IMG/VR virus record: IMGVR_UViG_3300028829_005735
Span: 8,241-72,240 of that record
DNA length: 64,000 bases
Direction: 5' to 3' (one strand)
From: a virus
Shown: positions 10,100-18,574 of the stretch, piece by piece
How positions within the stretch are numbered: the first letter of the stretch is position 1
Layout: the number at the start of each line of letters is the position of its first letter
Notes under the pieces: model-generated
Told to the model about the DNA's origin: nothing
What the model saw: only the letters and a program-made list of their open reading frames with translations
Databases searched by the model: none
Made by a program: the position numbers and the translations under genes

Positions 10100-10324
10100 A
10101 TGATAAGAAAACAAATTACTGTACCAAGATGGCAGGAAGTGGATGCTATATACGCAAGAATGGTGTGTGAAGTTGAGGACCAATTTGGTTCAGAAGCTTG
10201 GAGAGAAATCAGAGCTGGAGATTATTGGGAGAAACGAGATGCTCTTCCCAACAATATGGAGAAACAAAAATTCACCATCGAGCGTATTGCCATCTGGAAA
10301 AGAGAACAAAAGAATGCAATATAA
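10100..10324 (+). CDS. hypothetical protein
   Basis: 74-aa ORF starting a chain of overlapping small genes. Confidence 0.6.
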   Translation: MIRKQITVPRWQEVDAIYARMVCEVEDQFGSEAWREIRAGDYWEKRDALPNNMEKQKFTIERIAIWKREQKNAI

Positions 10325-10592
10325 CTTCAAAATAAAATGGCTGTTTCCTGTATCGGATCAGTTATTCAAAAATAAAAAAGCTTATACTAAAGAATTGTAT
10401 TCCGTAGTAAGAGCATTGGGAGCAAGTAGTCTTGATTGTATTAAGCTACTAGACTCAGATGGAAAACTTATTGACAAGCATGTAAACAAGATAATCATGC
10501 CTTTTGATAAGTCCAATGAAAAAACCATTCGATATCTAAAGAAAAAGCTAAAGAATCCGAATGTGTATTATGTAGAATTAATCCGTAAGTAA
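10314..10592 (+). CDS. hypothetical protein
   Basis: MQYNFKIKW... start at ATG 10314 (the track start at 10143 overlaps the previous gene); TAATG coupling to the next gene. Confidence 0.55.
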   Translation: MQYNFKIKWLFPVSDQLFKNKKAYTKELYSVVRALGASSLDCIKLLDSDGKLIDKHVNKIIMPFDKSNEKTIRYLKKKLKNPNVYYVELIRK

Positions 10593-10792
10593 TGGAGGAA
10601 TATAAAATAATTAGTGCCAACTCACCTAGTGACTTGAACACAAAAATCAAAAAACATATTGAAGAAGGATGGAAACCTGTAGGTTCTCATACAGCTGTAC
10701 AGCTACATGCTCAACTCCGATATTCAGGTAGACAACACATGGATACCCATCATAAAGCTGAGTATGCACAAACAATGAGGAAGGATGGCTAA
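10592..10792 (+). CDS. DUF1737-like small protein
   Basis: YKIISA...LNTKIKKHIEEGWKPVGS...YAQTMRK pattern. Confidence 0.6.
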   Translation: MEEYKIISANSPSDLNTKIKKHIEEGWKPVGSHTAVQLHAQLRYSGRQHMDTHHKAEYAQTMRKDG

Positions 10793-10985
10793 AATAAAAT
10801 ACGATGTAATATCCCCAGATGGATTCTCTATCAGCAGGGATGAAATATGGGACAGTCCTGAAGAAGCTCACCTAGCTCTTACCATATGGATGGAGCGATA
10901 TGAAAAACAAGGTTACTATAGCTCAAATCAAGGAAGGATTCCTATTAATGAATTGGAATCAAGATGTACAATCAAAACTATTTAA
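10785..10985 (+). CDS. hypothetical protein
   Basis: 66-aa ORF overlapping the previous stop. Confidence 0.6.
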   Translation: MAKIKYDVISPDGFSISRDEIWDSPEEAHLALTIWMERYEKQGYYSSNQGRIPINELESRCTIKTI

Positions 10986-10986
10986 A

Positions 10987-11983
10987 ATGAATCAAGCAGA
11001 AAGTATTGAACTATTCTTTCAAGAAGGAAGTTCTGATAAAGTCTATCAGGCAGAGTTAAAACAAGAAGGTGACGGATGGGTTGTCAACTTTGCATACGGC
11101 AGGAGAGGAAACACTCTCACTACAGGATGTAAGACATGTGATCCACTTCCCTATGAGAAGGCTAAGAAATCCTACGATTCTTTAGTGAAATCAAAAACAG
11201 CCAAGGGTTATAAACCTAATGGTGTATCTGGTACAATTAATACTGTAGCTGATGATAAAGAAGACTTAGGTATTCGACCTCAGTTACTCAATGAGCTTAC
11301 TGAAAAAGAAGCAGTAGCTTATATCAATGATTCTGAATACTGCATGCAAGAAAAGTATGACGGTAAACGTAGAGGAATTGAGGTAACTCCAAATGCAGGA
11401 AACCCTGTCATAAGAGGTGCTAATAAAAAAGGATTTGAAGTTGCGTTAACCAATGAAGTGATTGGTGCGTGTGCTAAAATTCCATTCCCTCAAATCCTTG
11501 ACGGTGAAGACATGGGAGATAGGATTATGATATTCGATGACATCCGTGCAGGAGAACTTCCGTACATGGATAGATATATCATTATCAAAGCACACCTAAA
11601 AGATAATCCAATCTTACAAGTTGTTGAAACGGCTTGGACTACTGAGGAGAAACGTGAGATGTACAATCGTCTTAAAAGTGAGAGAGCTGAAGGAGTTGTG
11701 TTCAAGAATATGAATGCAACATATACACCAGGAAGGCCTGCCTCGGGAGGTGACCAATTCAAATGTAAGTTCTATGATGAAGCTTCATGTATGGTAGCCT
11801 CAGTTAGTGATGTAAAAATATCCTAACTCACCTAAAGTTGAAGTAGGTGACATAGTGGAGATAAAGTATCTTTACTACAATGAAGGAGGTTCATTGTATC
11901 AACCGGTACTGAAAGAAGTACGGGATGATGTCGATGCCGATGAATGTACATTGGCTAAACTCAAGAGAAAGAAAGATGAATAA
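10987..11983 (+). pseudogene. WGR domain-ATP-dependent DNA ligase fusion, interrupted by a frameshift near 11820
   Basis: N-terminal WGR (SDKVYQ...AYGRRG...KTAKGY); ligase motif I QEKYDGKR, III LDGE, IIIa IFD, IV EGVVFK, V FKCK; stop at 11826. The OB-fold end (PNSPKVEVGDIVEIKYLYYNEGGSLYQPVLKEVRDDVDADECTLAKLK) continues in the +1 frame at 11822-11983. Confidence 0.75.
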
Positions 11984-12281
11984 CAGAGAAACAATGTTAA
12001 CCAATATAATCCATGCACTAAATGAAAACGTGCATGGGTTATTAACGGGAAAAACTCACAGCATCATACATGATGAACGTGCCAACAGTGACCTACGGTT
12101 TGCTGCATATAAAGAATTAGGAGTTCTGACGGACAACGATGACGAGATGGAACGCATGCATAGATTTTGGAATTCTCTTTTAGAGCAAGAAGGATTTGAA
12201 TATGCAGAAAAGAAACACGAGCAGTTACTATCGGACTATCCTTCAGTAACTAGATTACTAACCATAAATGTTTACTCATGA
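11976..12281 (+). CDS. hypothetical protein
   Basis: MNNRETML... start at 11976 overlapping the ligase C-terminal stop. Confidence 0.6.
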   Translation: MNNRETMLTNIIHALNENVHGLLTGKTHSIIHDERANSDLRFAAYKELGVLTDNDDEMERMHRFWNSLLEQEGFEYAEKKHEQLLSDYPSVTRLLTINVYS

Positions 12282-12475
12282 AAGAAGGAACTGAATTGAA
12301 GGAAGGGCAACAAGCAATAGCTATAATAGATTTATCTACAAGCACATTGCACATACTCAATGTACCTGACGAATGGGACGCAGAGAAAACAGAAGACTGG
12401 CTAGGTGAACAAGGCTACCATTTATCTAATTGTTCATGGGGAGCATTTGACGGGGTAATAAATGATGGACGATAA
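12278..12475 (+). CDS. hypothetical protein
   Basis: 65 aa, ATGA overlap. Confidence 0.6.
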   Translation: MKEGTELKEGQQAIAIIDLSTSTLHILNVPDEWDAEKTEDWLGEQGYHLSNCSWGAFDGVINDGR

Positions 12476-12648
12476 TGGCTAAGAAACTTTATACGGCTGA
12501 ACAGTTGAAGAAAAAATTCAAGGGACAGTTTATTCATACTAACCCTGTATATGATTACGACAAAAAGGAATGGTTCTATGAAGTCCGTAGAACATCCAAG
12601 ATTATTAGAGAGAATTGTAACCCTCCTGAAGAGGAGATAATAAATTAA
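12475..12648 (+). CDS. hypothetical protein (57 aa, not in ORF track)
   Basis: MAKKLYTAEQLKKKFKGQFIH...EEEIIN; TAATG coupling. Confidence 0.6.
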   Translation: MAKKLYTAEQLKKKFKGQFIHTNPVYDYDKKEWFYEVRRTSKIIRENCNPPEEEIIN

Positions 12649-12650
12649 AT

Positions 12651-12791
12651 ATGGCAGTACCTTTAAGATGCCCTAATTGCGAAGACAACTTGGGCAAAGA
12701 CGTAGAGAACCCAAACCCTGCATATTGTGGGAATTGTGGTGAAGATAATATAAATAACCCTCGTGGATATGACGAGGAAGAAGAAGATTAA
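12651..12791 (+). CDS. small zinc-ribbon protein (46 aa, not in ORF track)
   Basis: MAVPLRCPNCEDNLGKDVENPNPAYCGNCGEDN...DEEEED: two CxxC pairs and an acidic tail. Confidence 0.65.
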   Translation: MAVPLRCPNCEDNLGKDVENPNPAYCGNCGEDNINNPRGYDEEEED

Positions 12792-12793
12792 CT

Positions 12794-13039
12794 ATGGGAC
12801 CAACCTCAAGATTTAATACTGAAAAAAAAATTAGAGACTCGCATGAAGCTTCTGAAAGAAGAAAAAAACTCTCCGAAGAAATAGAGATGCTTGTAAGTAT
12901 TGCCTTTAATAATGAAGGTGCTTATGCATGGATACAAAGAGCTTTGAAGAAACATGGTAAAGAAATAGACGCTGATGATATAGCACGAGCTATAGAACCA
13001 GCAGCGACAAAAGCCGTGTTAGAACTAATAGAAGATTGA
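12794..13039 (+). CDS. hypothetical protein
   Basis: 81-aa ORF in a tightly packed array. Confidence 0.6.
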   Translation: MGPTSRFNTEKKIRDSHEASERRKKLSEEIEMLVSIAFNNEGAYAWIQRALKKHGKEIDADDIARAIEPAATKAVLELIED

Positions 13040-13261
13040 ATGAAATCAGCATCTGAACTTTACGAAGAGTGGGCAAAAACATTTCCTATATGGTGGGATT
13101 ACTATTGTAGCAACCTGCAATTCAAATACCCACACACAAGAGTAACTCCTCATAGCCCTCACAGTTTTGAAGATTTCAAAACCAAGAGGCATATACAGAC
13201 GGGAATGTTATTAATTGACGATTGGGTCTGGAGATGGCCCGAAAGATTTGAAAACTTATGA
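13040..13261 (+). CDS. hypothetical protein
   Basis: 73-aa Trp-rich ORF, ATGA overlap with the next gene. Confidence 0.55.
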   Translation: MKSASELYEEWAKTFPIWWDYYCSNLQFKYPHTRVTPHSPHSFEDFKTKRHIQTGMLLIDDWVWRWPERFENL

Positions 13262-14121
13262 CAACAGTAAATAGCTTATCAGGAGGCAAGACCTCATCCT
13301 ACTTAGCAGTACATTACCCGGCAGACATTGAAATGTTTGCTGTGGTATGTATTGATGACCACAATGCTAACGGAGGATATTGGAGAAAAAATAAGAAACT
13401 CTTACAAAGGGTTCAAGATAAATTGGAGAAGACATCTCCTCACTGGCCAGAATTTTTGGCAACGGCAGAGGATCCACAAACATTGATTACAATGCTTGAG
13501 CTTGAACAGATGACAGGTCGTGAAATTACTTGGGTACGTGGTGTAGGTTTTGAAAGTCTCATCCAAGAAGTTAAACGTTGTCTACCTAACATCTCTATGA
13601 GATGGTGTACAGAGTTTATGAAAATCATTCCTATGTTCGAACATATTTATATGTACCACGAGCTTCCTATAGACATGAGAATAGGATTTAGGTATGATGA
13701 AGCTGAACGTGCAGAAGATTTAGCAACTACAATCAGTTTCCCTATTAGTTGTAACAACTATGGTACAGGGCAACAGAAGTGGGTACATGACTTTGAGTAC
13801 AGAACTCTATCCTATCCTCTCATAAAAGATAAGATAATGCGTCCTATGGTAAATAAATTTTGGGATAAACATCCAGAGGTATCATTCCCTGAAGATACAG
13901 GTTGTCAAATCTGTTTTTGGAAACATCCTCAACAAATTAAATTAAACTATGAACGTCCGGAATCTAAATCTATTATTGAATGGGCAAACATCATGGAAGT
14001 TATGATGGGTAATCGATTCAAGAAAGAGATATCTATGGCAGCTGCTAGAGATATAGGAGTTCAAATGGATTTCTTTGGTGGAACAGGACCAGGTTGTAAA
14101 GCAGGAATATGTGGTATATAA
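13258..14121 (+). CDS. PAPS-reductase-like PP-loop (adenine nucleotide alpha-hydrolase) protein
   Basis: PP-loop SLSGGKTS, RWCTEFMKIIP, IGFRYDE, YPLI, CQIC and terminal CKAGICG cysteines. Confidence 0.75.
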   Translation: MTTVNSLSGGKTSSYLAVHYPADIEMFAVVCIDDHNANGGYWRKNKKLLQRVQDKLEKTSPHWPEFLATAEDPQTLITMLELEQMTGREITWVRGVGFESLIQEVKRCLPNISMRWCTEFMKIIPMFEHIYMYHELPIDMRIGFRYDEAERAEDLATTISFPISCNNYGTGQQKWVHDFEYRTLSYPLIKDKIMRPMVNKFWDKHPEVSFPEDTGCQICFWKHPQQIKLNYERPESKSIIEWANIMEVMMGNRFKKEISMAAARDIGVQMDFFGGTGPGCKAGICGI

Positions 14122-14217
14122 TAGGATGGCTACTCTTATGGGGATTTTGTCACCTGATCTACAAAGGTCAGAAGGCAAACCTCAAAAGAGAAAGCGAGGC
14201 TAATGAAAAAATAGCTT

Positions 14218-15078
14218 ATGATAAAATGCGTAACACGAAAAAGTTTCAAAATAAGAGAATCCGGAAGGAGTAGTGATTACATTGCTCCTTCTTTTGGGTA
14301 TGGCTGTTTATTTAACTGCAGCTATTGCTATATGAAAAGGCATAAACCTACAGGTTTAGATTATGCTACAAATATTGAGCAAATACTTACAGAGATAAAT
14401 TCTCATGTAGCTTTTGCAGATGTAAGCAAGCCTAATCAAACTCACAAAGAATTCATAACATACGACATCAGTTGTAATGAAGACTTTGCTTTGCATAGCA
14501 AGTATTATAATTGGGAAAAGATATTCGACTTCTTTAAACACCATGATAAAGCAATGGCTACACTTGCAACAAAGCATGTTCCAAAAAACTTTCTAAACTA
14601 TAACGCTAATAAAAAAGTTCGTATAAGATTTAGCTTAATGCCCGAAAGATTAAGACAATTAGTGGAACCAAACACTTCATCTATTTTAAATCGTATTCAA
14701 GCAATTAATGACTTTATAGGATCAGGTTATGATGTTCATATAAACTTTTCCCCTGTAATTGTATACGAAGGTTGGCTGGATGATTATCAAGAACTGTTTG
14801 CATTAATCAATAGTATAGTAAAAGCCGAGTATAAAACACAAGTATTAGCTGAAGTCATATTTCTCACTCACAACAGAAAAAAGCATGAATATAATTTAGC
14901 TAATAATATACCAGGAGAAAGTTTACTTTGGAATTTAAAAATTCAAGAAGATAAAGTATCTTCATATGGAGGTTCTAACCTCAGATACAAGCATCCTATT
15001 AAAAAAGGTTACATAGAAAAATGGACTAAACTCCATGACTCTATTATCCCTTGGAATAGCATAAGATATATATTTTAA
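14218..15078 (+). CDS. splB: spore photoproduct lyase-like radical SAM protein
   Basis: GCLFNCSYCY (CxxxCxxC), YDISCNED, ATK, RIRFSLMP, EPNTSSILNRIQAINDFIGSGYDVHINFSPVI, YGGSNLRY: SplB-family signature blocks. Confidence 0.85.
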   Translation: MIKCVTRKSFKIRESGRSSDYIAPSFGYGCLFNCSYCYMKRHKPTGLDYATNIEQILTEINSHVAFADVSKPNQTHKEFITYDISCNEDFALHSKYYNWEKIFDFFKHHDKAMATLATKHVPKNFLNYNANKKVRIRFSLMPERLRQLVEPNTSSILNRIQAINDFIGSGYDVHINFSPVIVYEGWLDDYQELFALINSIVKAEYKTQVLAEVIFLTHNRKKHEYNLANNIPGESLLWNLKIQEDKVSSYGGSNLRYKHPIKKGYIEKWTKLHDSIIPWNSIRYIF

Positions 15079-15088
15079 AGTTAAACTC

Positions 15089-15265
15089 ATGACACAAGAA
15101 GAAAGAAAAGAAATTGAAGAAACAATAGCCTCGTTAGAATCAAAGCTAACGGGGGACATGTTTCAGGACATGAACCTTAAAGATGAGATTCATAACCTGC
15201 AGATGAAATTAGACGGAACTAAACCAACAGATAGTCACATTGACTGTATTGGGTGCGGTTCATAA
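15089..15265 (+). CDS. small protein ending in CxxCGS (58 aa, not in ORF track)
   Basis: MTQEERKEIEETIASLESKLTGDMFQDMNLKDEIHNLQMKLDGTKPTDSHIDCIGCGS. Confidence 0.7.
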   Translation: MTQEERKEIEETIASLESKLTGDMFQDMNLKDEIHNLQMKLDGTKPTDSHIDCIGCGS

Positions 15266-15274
15266 ATCATACTT

Positions 15275-15430
15275 ATGGAAAAAATTGTACAAAGGATTTA
15301 CGTTAAGATAAATCCAAAGACTCAGAAAGTAATGATTTCATGTACACTAGACGAAGGATACCATGCTCTTTATGTAGCAAACTATCCTGCAGACCAAGAA
15401 CAATTGAAAAAAGATTACGAAGGTAAATGA
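15275..15430 (+). CDS. hypothetical protein (51 aa, not in ORF track)
   Basis: MEKIVQRIYVKINPK...DYEGK; ATGA overlap with the next gene. Confidence 0.55.
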   Translation: MEKIVQRIYVKINPKTQKVMISCTLDEGYHALYVANYPADQEQLKKDYEGK

Positions 15431-15651
15431 GTCGAATACTTATAGAATACTTACCAGCCATATCCGAGAGAGGTATGGAAGTAATACAAGAAAATATAAC
15501 TCCTGCTTTTACAAGTTCCGATGGAGATGCTAATCAATACGATTTGCAATATGTACTATCGGATGCAGGAAGTGATCTCCCTCATAACGATAGGGAGTAT
15601 CTAGCAGGAATAGCCAATGAGGAAGTTCCTGTTCAATACATAGAATTCTAG
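15427..15651 (+). CDS. hypothetical protein
   Basis: 74-aa ORF. Confidence 0.55.
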   Translation: MSRILIEYLPAISERGMEVIQENITPAFTSSDGDANQYDLQYVLSDAGSDLPHNDREYLAGIANEEVPVQYIEF

Positions 15652-15695
15652 CCTATGGATAAAGAAAAAAGAATAGAAATTCAAAATAAAAAGGA

Positions 15696-15941
15696 ATGAT
15701 AAAAGACGAATTAGCAAATCCCACCGTAGAAGAACAACCTACAATGCAAGCCCCACCACCAATTGTATCGGGAGGGCTTACAAAATACGAACACTTTCTA
15801 GGTCTTGCGTTTCAAGGTGTAATAGCCTCACAACCAAGAGCTGGATATATTGAGCCTCGGAAAGCTGCAGAGATGGCAATGCAGTACACCGATGAATTAT
15901 TTAATGCCGTCAATCATTTACCGATGCAATCAAATGGATAA
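15696..15941 (+). CDS. hypothetical phage protein
   Basis: GLTKYEHFLGLAFQGVIA...AAEMAMQYTDELF resembles a common small phage protein family. Confidence 0.6.
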   Translation: MIKDELANPTVEEQPTMQAPPPIVSGGLTKYEHFLGLAFQGVIASQPRAGYIEPRKAAEMAMQYTDELFNAVNHLPMQSNG

Positions 15942-16548
15942 AGAAACATGGAGAGCCGTAGTTGGATACGAAGGGCTTTATGAAGTGTCATCCTATGGAA
16001 AATTAAAAAGATTGGCAGGATACTCTAAACGAATACGGTATTCAAAAACAAAAGGTCATAGATTTAAAGATGATGAAATTTATCATCCTGAAATTATATT
16101 TAAACTACACCTAAGCAAAAAAGGTTATGTGAAAGGTCAACTGTTTAAGCATGACGGAGAACGAATGAAACAAAAAGCTATAGTACTACATAGACTTGTA
16201 GCAGAAGCTTTTATTGGTTCGGCACCAGAAGGTAAGCCTCAAGTGAATCACATAGATGGTGTAAAGACTAATAACTATTACAAAAATCTTGAATGGTGTA
16301 GTAATGCAGAAAATCAACGTCATGCTATTGCTATGGGATTAGTTCCCGATAGACCAAAAGGTTACGACAATCACCAAAGCAAAGAGATTAATCAAATTGA
16401 TTTAGCTACGGGAAAAGTAATCAAGTCATTCGGCTCACTTGCCGAAGCGGAAAGAATCACAGGTATACATCGACCTAATATTAAAAAGGTGTGCCAAAAT
16501 AAACGATTGTCTGCAGGGGGGTACTCGTGGGAGTACGTAAACAAGTAG
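15934..16548 (+). CDS. NUMOD4-HNH homing endonuclease with NUMOD1 C-terminus
   Basis: ETWRAVVGYEGLYEVSSYG (NUMOD4), HRLVAEAFI...VNHIDGVKTNNYYKNLEWCSNAEN (HNH), FGSLAEAERITGI...SAGGYSWEY (NUMOD1); start set at ATG 15934. Confidence 0.9.
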   Translation: MDKETWRAVVGYEGLYEVSSYGKLKRLAGYSKRIRYSKTKGHRFKDDEIYHPEIIFKLHLSKKGYVKGQLFKHDGERMKQKAIVLHRLVAEAFIGSAPEGKPQVNHIDGVKTNNYYKNLEWCSNAENQRHAIAMGLVPDRPKGYDNHQSKEINQIDLATGKVIKSFGSLAEAERITGIHRPNIKKVCQNKRLSAGGYSWEYVNK

Positions 16549-16575
16549 TTACTATCATCGAACACAACACTAATT

Positions 16576-17187
16576 ATGGAACAAAAACTTATCAAATTAG
16601 ACAGTAAACAAACGTATCAGTTTGAGCTCAAGACAGCCAAGGAACTTGGCATCACAATTAAGAACGTCAAGTTCTTTAGTGGTCATGACGGCATGGCAGG
16701 AATCAATGCAGACCTTTATTACAACAATAAGAAGTTTGCTTCTGCATATGACGATGCTCGTGGTGGAGAGATGGATGTTCGTCCATCTGACTATGAGAAC
16801 ACAACCGTATCAACGTTTCATGAAGTTGAAACAAAGCTTCGGGCAACATCAAAGTATATCCATGTACATACTCATGCTCCAGACGGTAAACCTTATGGTG
16901 GTAAACCATTTGAGATGGAGTCTCAGGTAGACCTTGCATCGTTAGTAGATGCATTGGCTCGTCATAAGGAGGAATTAAAGGAGGCTAAAAAAGGTATTCA
17001 GTATACAACTAAGGATGGAGACTATTATCATCATTGGGGAATGAGTATACCTGCCTTAATGAAGAAGCATCCTAAAACAGCCCTAGCGAGTATACAAAGA
17101 CGATACGATGAGCTATCGGCAAAGTATCCGATTAGAAATACTGAATACTTATCTAGTATCGGTATTAGGGTACACAATCTATTATGA
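16576..17187 (+). CDS. hypothetical protein
   Basis: 203-aa ORF, ATGA overlap with the next gene. Confidence 0.7.
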   Translation: MEQKLIKLDSKQTYQFELKTAKELGITIKNVKFFSGHDGMAGINADLYYNNKKFASAYDDARGGEMDVRPSDYENTTVSTFHEVETKLRATSKYIHVHTHAPDGKPYGGKPFEMESQVDLASLVDALARHKEELKEAKKGIQYTTKDGDYYHHWGMSIPALMKKHPKTALASIQRRYDELSAKYPIRNTEYLSSIGIRVHNLL

Positions 17188-17411
17188 CCGAAGCAGAATT
17201 TGCAGAAGATGTTGTCATGGAGCTGAAACGATGCTCCTTGATGACATATGTTCTGACTAAAAAGAATTACCGTAAACTTAAACGGTACTTCTTGAAGAAA
17301 GCTAAAAAGCACCTTGATTGGGATAAGTGGCAACGTCGAAATGAATTCGATAGATTCTGCCGAGCATTTAATGTAAAGATTAGCAATGGGACAAAACCAA
17401 AAGAAAGATGA
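17184..17411 (+). CDS. hypothetical basic protein
   Basis: 75-aa ORF. Confidence 0.5.
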   Translation: MTEAEFAEDVVMELKRCSLMTYVLTKKNYRKLKRYFLKKAKKHLDWDKWQRRNEFDRFCRAFNVKISNGTKPKER

Positions 17412-17619
17412 AAATTGGCACTCCGATAAGTGGATAACTAAAGAATCGTTTAGTGAATTAGAACCAGGCGATAGATTAAAAGTTAGACGTATGAAAGGAA
17501 CTGCCATTGTGCAACAGCTACCCTCTAAGGATGACGACATTTCTGTTACATTCAAAGATGGTCCGTGGGATGGTAGATCATTAAAACTCATCCGTAACCA
17601 AATATCTAAAATACTTTAA
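17386..17619 (+). CDS. hypothetical protein (SH3/KOW-like)
   Basis: LEPGDRLKV...GTAIV...ISVTFKDG beta-barrel-like pattern. Confidence 0.5.
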   Translation: MGQNQKKDENWHSDKWITKESFSELEPGDRLKVRRMKGTAIVQQLPSKDDDISVTFKDGPWDGRSLKLIRNQISKIL

Positions 17620-17621
17620 TT

Positions 17622-18062
17622 ATGATTTTAATCGACATAAAAAAATTACACTGTATAGCCGGAACTTCCGACAAATTGTACATTGTAAGACTATACGAAA
17701 ATCCACAAACAAGAGCGTATGAAGTACACTCTGAATATGGTAGACGAGGACGGGCTATGACTGTTAATCCACCGAAAGTATACACTAAGGTAAATCAGGC
17801 ACGTACTCAATTTACCAGCATTTGTAATAGTAAAATGCGAAAGAATTACCAAGATATTACTCAACCGGGTGATATGGAAAGCAGGTTCAATAAAGCTTAT
17901 GTTAAGCAACTGGAAACCGAAGCTGCTGTTTTATGTGCTGAAGGTTCACTAGAACGTAAACAGTATACGACCATAAAAGGTATGTTAGCATCTGGAGATG
18001 AACCATCTCAAATATTAGCCGAGGAGATGATCAAAGCTAAAAACGAAAAACTAGCAGCATGA
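17622..18062 (+). CDS. WGR domain protein
   Basis: SDKLYIVRL...VHSEYGRRG...ARTQFTSICNSKMRKNY. Confidence 0.7.
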   Translation: MILIDIKKLHCIAGTSDKLYIVRLYENPQTRAYEVHSEYGRRGRAMTVNPPKVYTKVNQARTQFTSICNSKMRKNYQDITQPGDMESRFNKAYVKQLETEAAVLCAEGSLERKQYTTIKGMLASGDEPSQILAEEMIKAKNEKLAA

Positions 18063-18403
18063 GGGTAATAACATTTGAGTGCTCAGATAAAGTGCATGTA
18101 TATATGGACGGGTGTGGTTTACGACCTGCCCGACCATATTATACCCATCAATCAATTGAGGATGCGAAACAAGCCTTAATTAATACACAAGACGTAGAGA
18201 ATCCTCAGCTTGAGGTCAACGGTACGTTATATGTTTGTAAAGAATGTGGAACCGATAACGTTGGTACTACACGTTTTGTAAATCCCAACGAAAATGAAGT
18301 TCTAGACCATTTTCATGGTACCGATTTAAACTGGTGCTTTGGAAACTGTAAGGATGAAACAACATTGGTTGACAGCATTGATTATGTGGAGAAAATTCAT
18401 TAA
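18059..18403 (+). CDS. hypothetical Zn-binding protein
   Basis: CKEC...WCFGNC cysteine pairs. Confidence 0.55.
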   Translation: MRVITFECSDKVHVYMDGCGLRPARPYYTHQSIEDAKQALINTQDVENPQLEVNGTLYVCKECGTDNVGTTRFVNPNENEVLDHFHGTDLNWCFGNCKDETTLVDSIDYVEKIH

Positions 18404-18554
18404 CTTCATGGGCTTATTATTTATGACAGGACTACTCATAGCTTTTGTTATGTGGTGCTTCATTACTGGGTTTCCACCAAAAGAAAAGGTAGATCCCGGA
18501 TATAAAATTGCTCCAACCGAAAAGGAGCTTAGAGAAATAGAATTCGGGCCTTAG
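18384..18554 (+). CDS. small membrane protein
   Basis: hydrophobic FMGLLFMTGLLIAFVMWCFIT segment; start uncertain (18384 or 18408). Confidence 0.45.
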   Translation: MWRKFINFMGLLFMTGLLIAFVMWCFITGFPPKEKVDPGYKIAPTEKELREIEFGP

Positions 18555-18574
18555 TAATCATTTAAACCAACCAT

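Noticed and set aside
9941-10183. 80-aa minus-strand ORF across the structured intergenic region
   Set aside because: Opposes the module's direction, overlaps a + gene and a terminator, and has non-protein-like composition
11810-11830. Programmed ribosomal frameshift in the ligase
   Set aside because: No clear slippery heptamer or stimulator, and part of the OB domain appears to be missing, which fits a deletion better
14172-14205. GGCAAACC...GAAA resembling the start of a c-di-GMP-I riboswitch
   Set aside because: Lacks the following GACGCAAAGC and second stem; the bases are better explained by the long hairpin
15655-15699. Mini-ORF MDKEKRIEIQNKKE sharing its first 13 nt with the HNH start (ATGGATAAAGAAA)
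   Set aside because: Too short and A-rich; could be a gene remnant but is not supportable
15850-16575. HNH endonuclease as part of a group I intron
   Set aside because: Flanking ORFs look complete and unrelated, spacing is minimal and no intron core elements are visible; treated as free-standing
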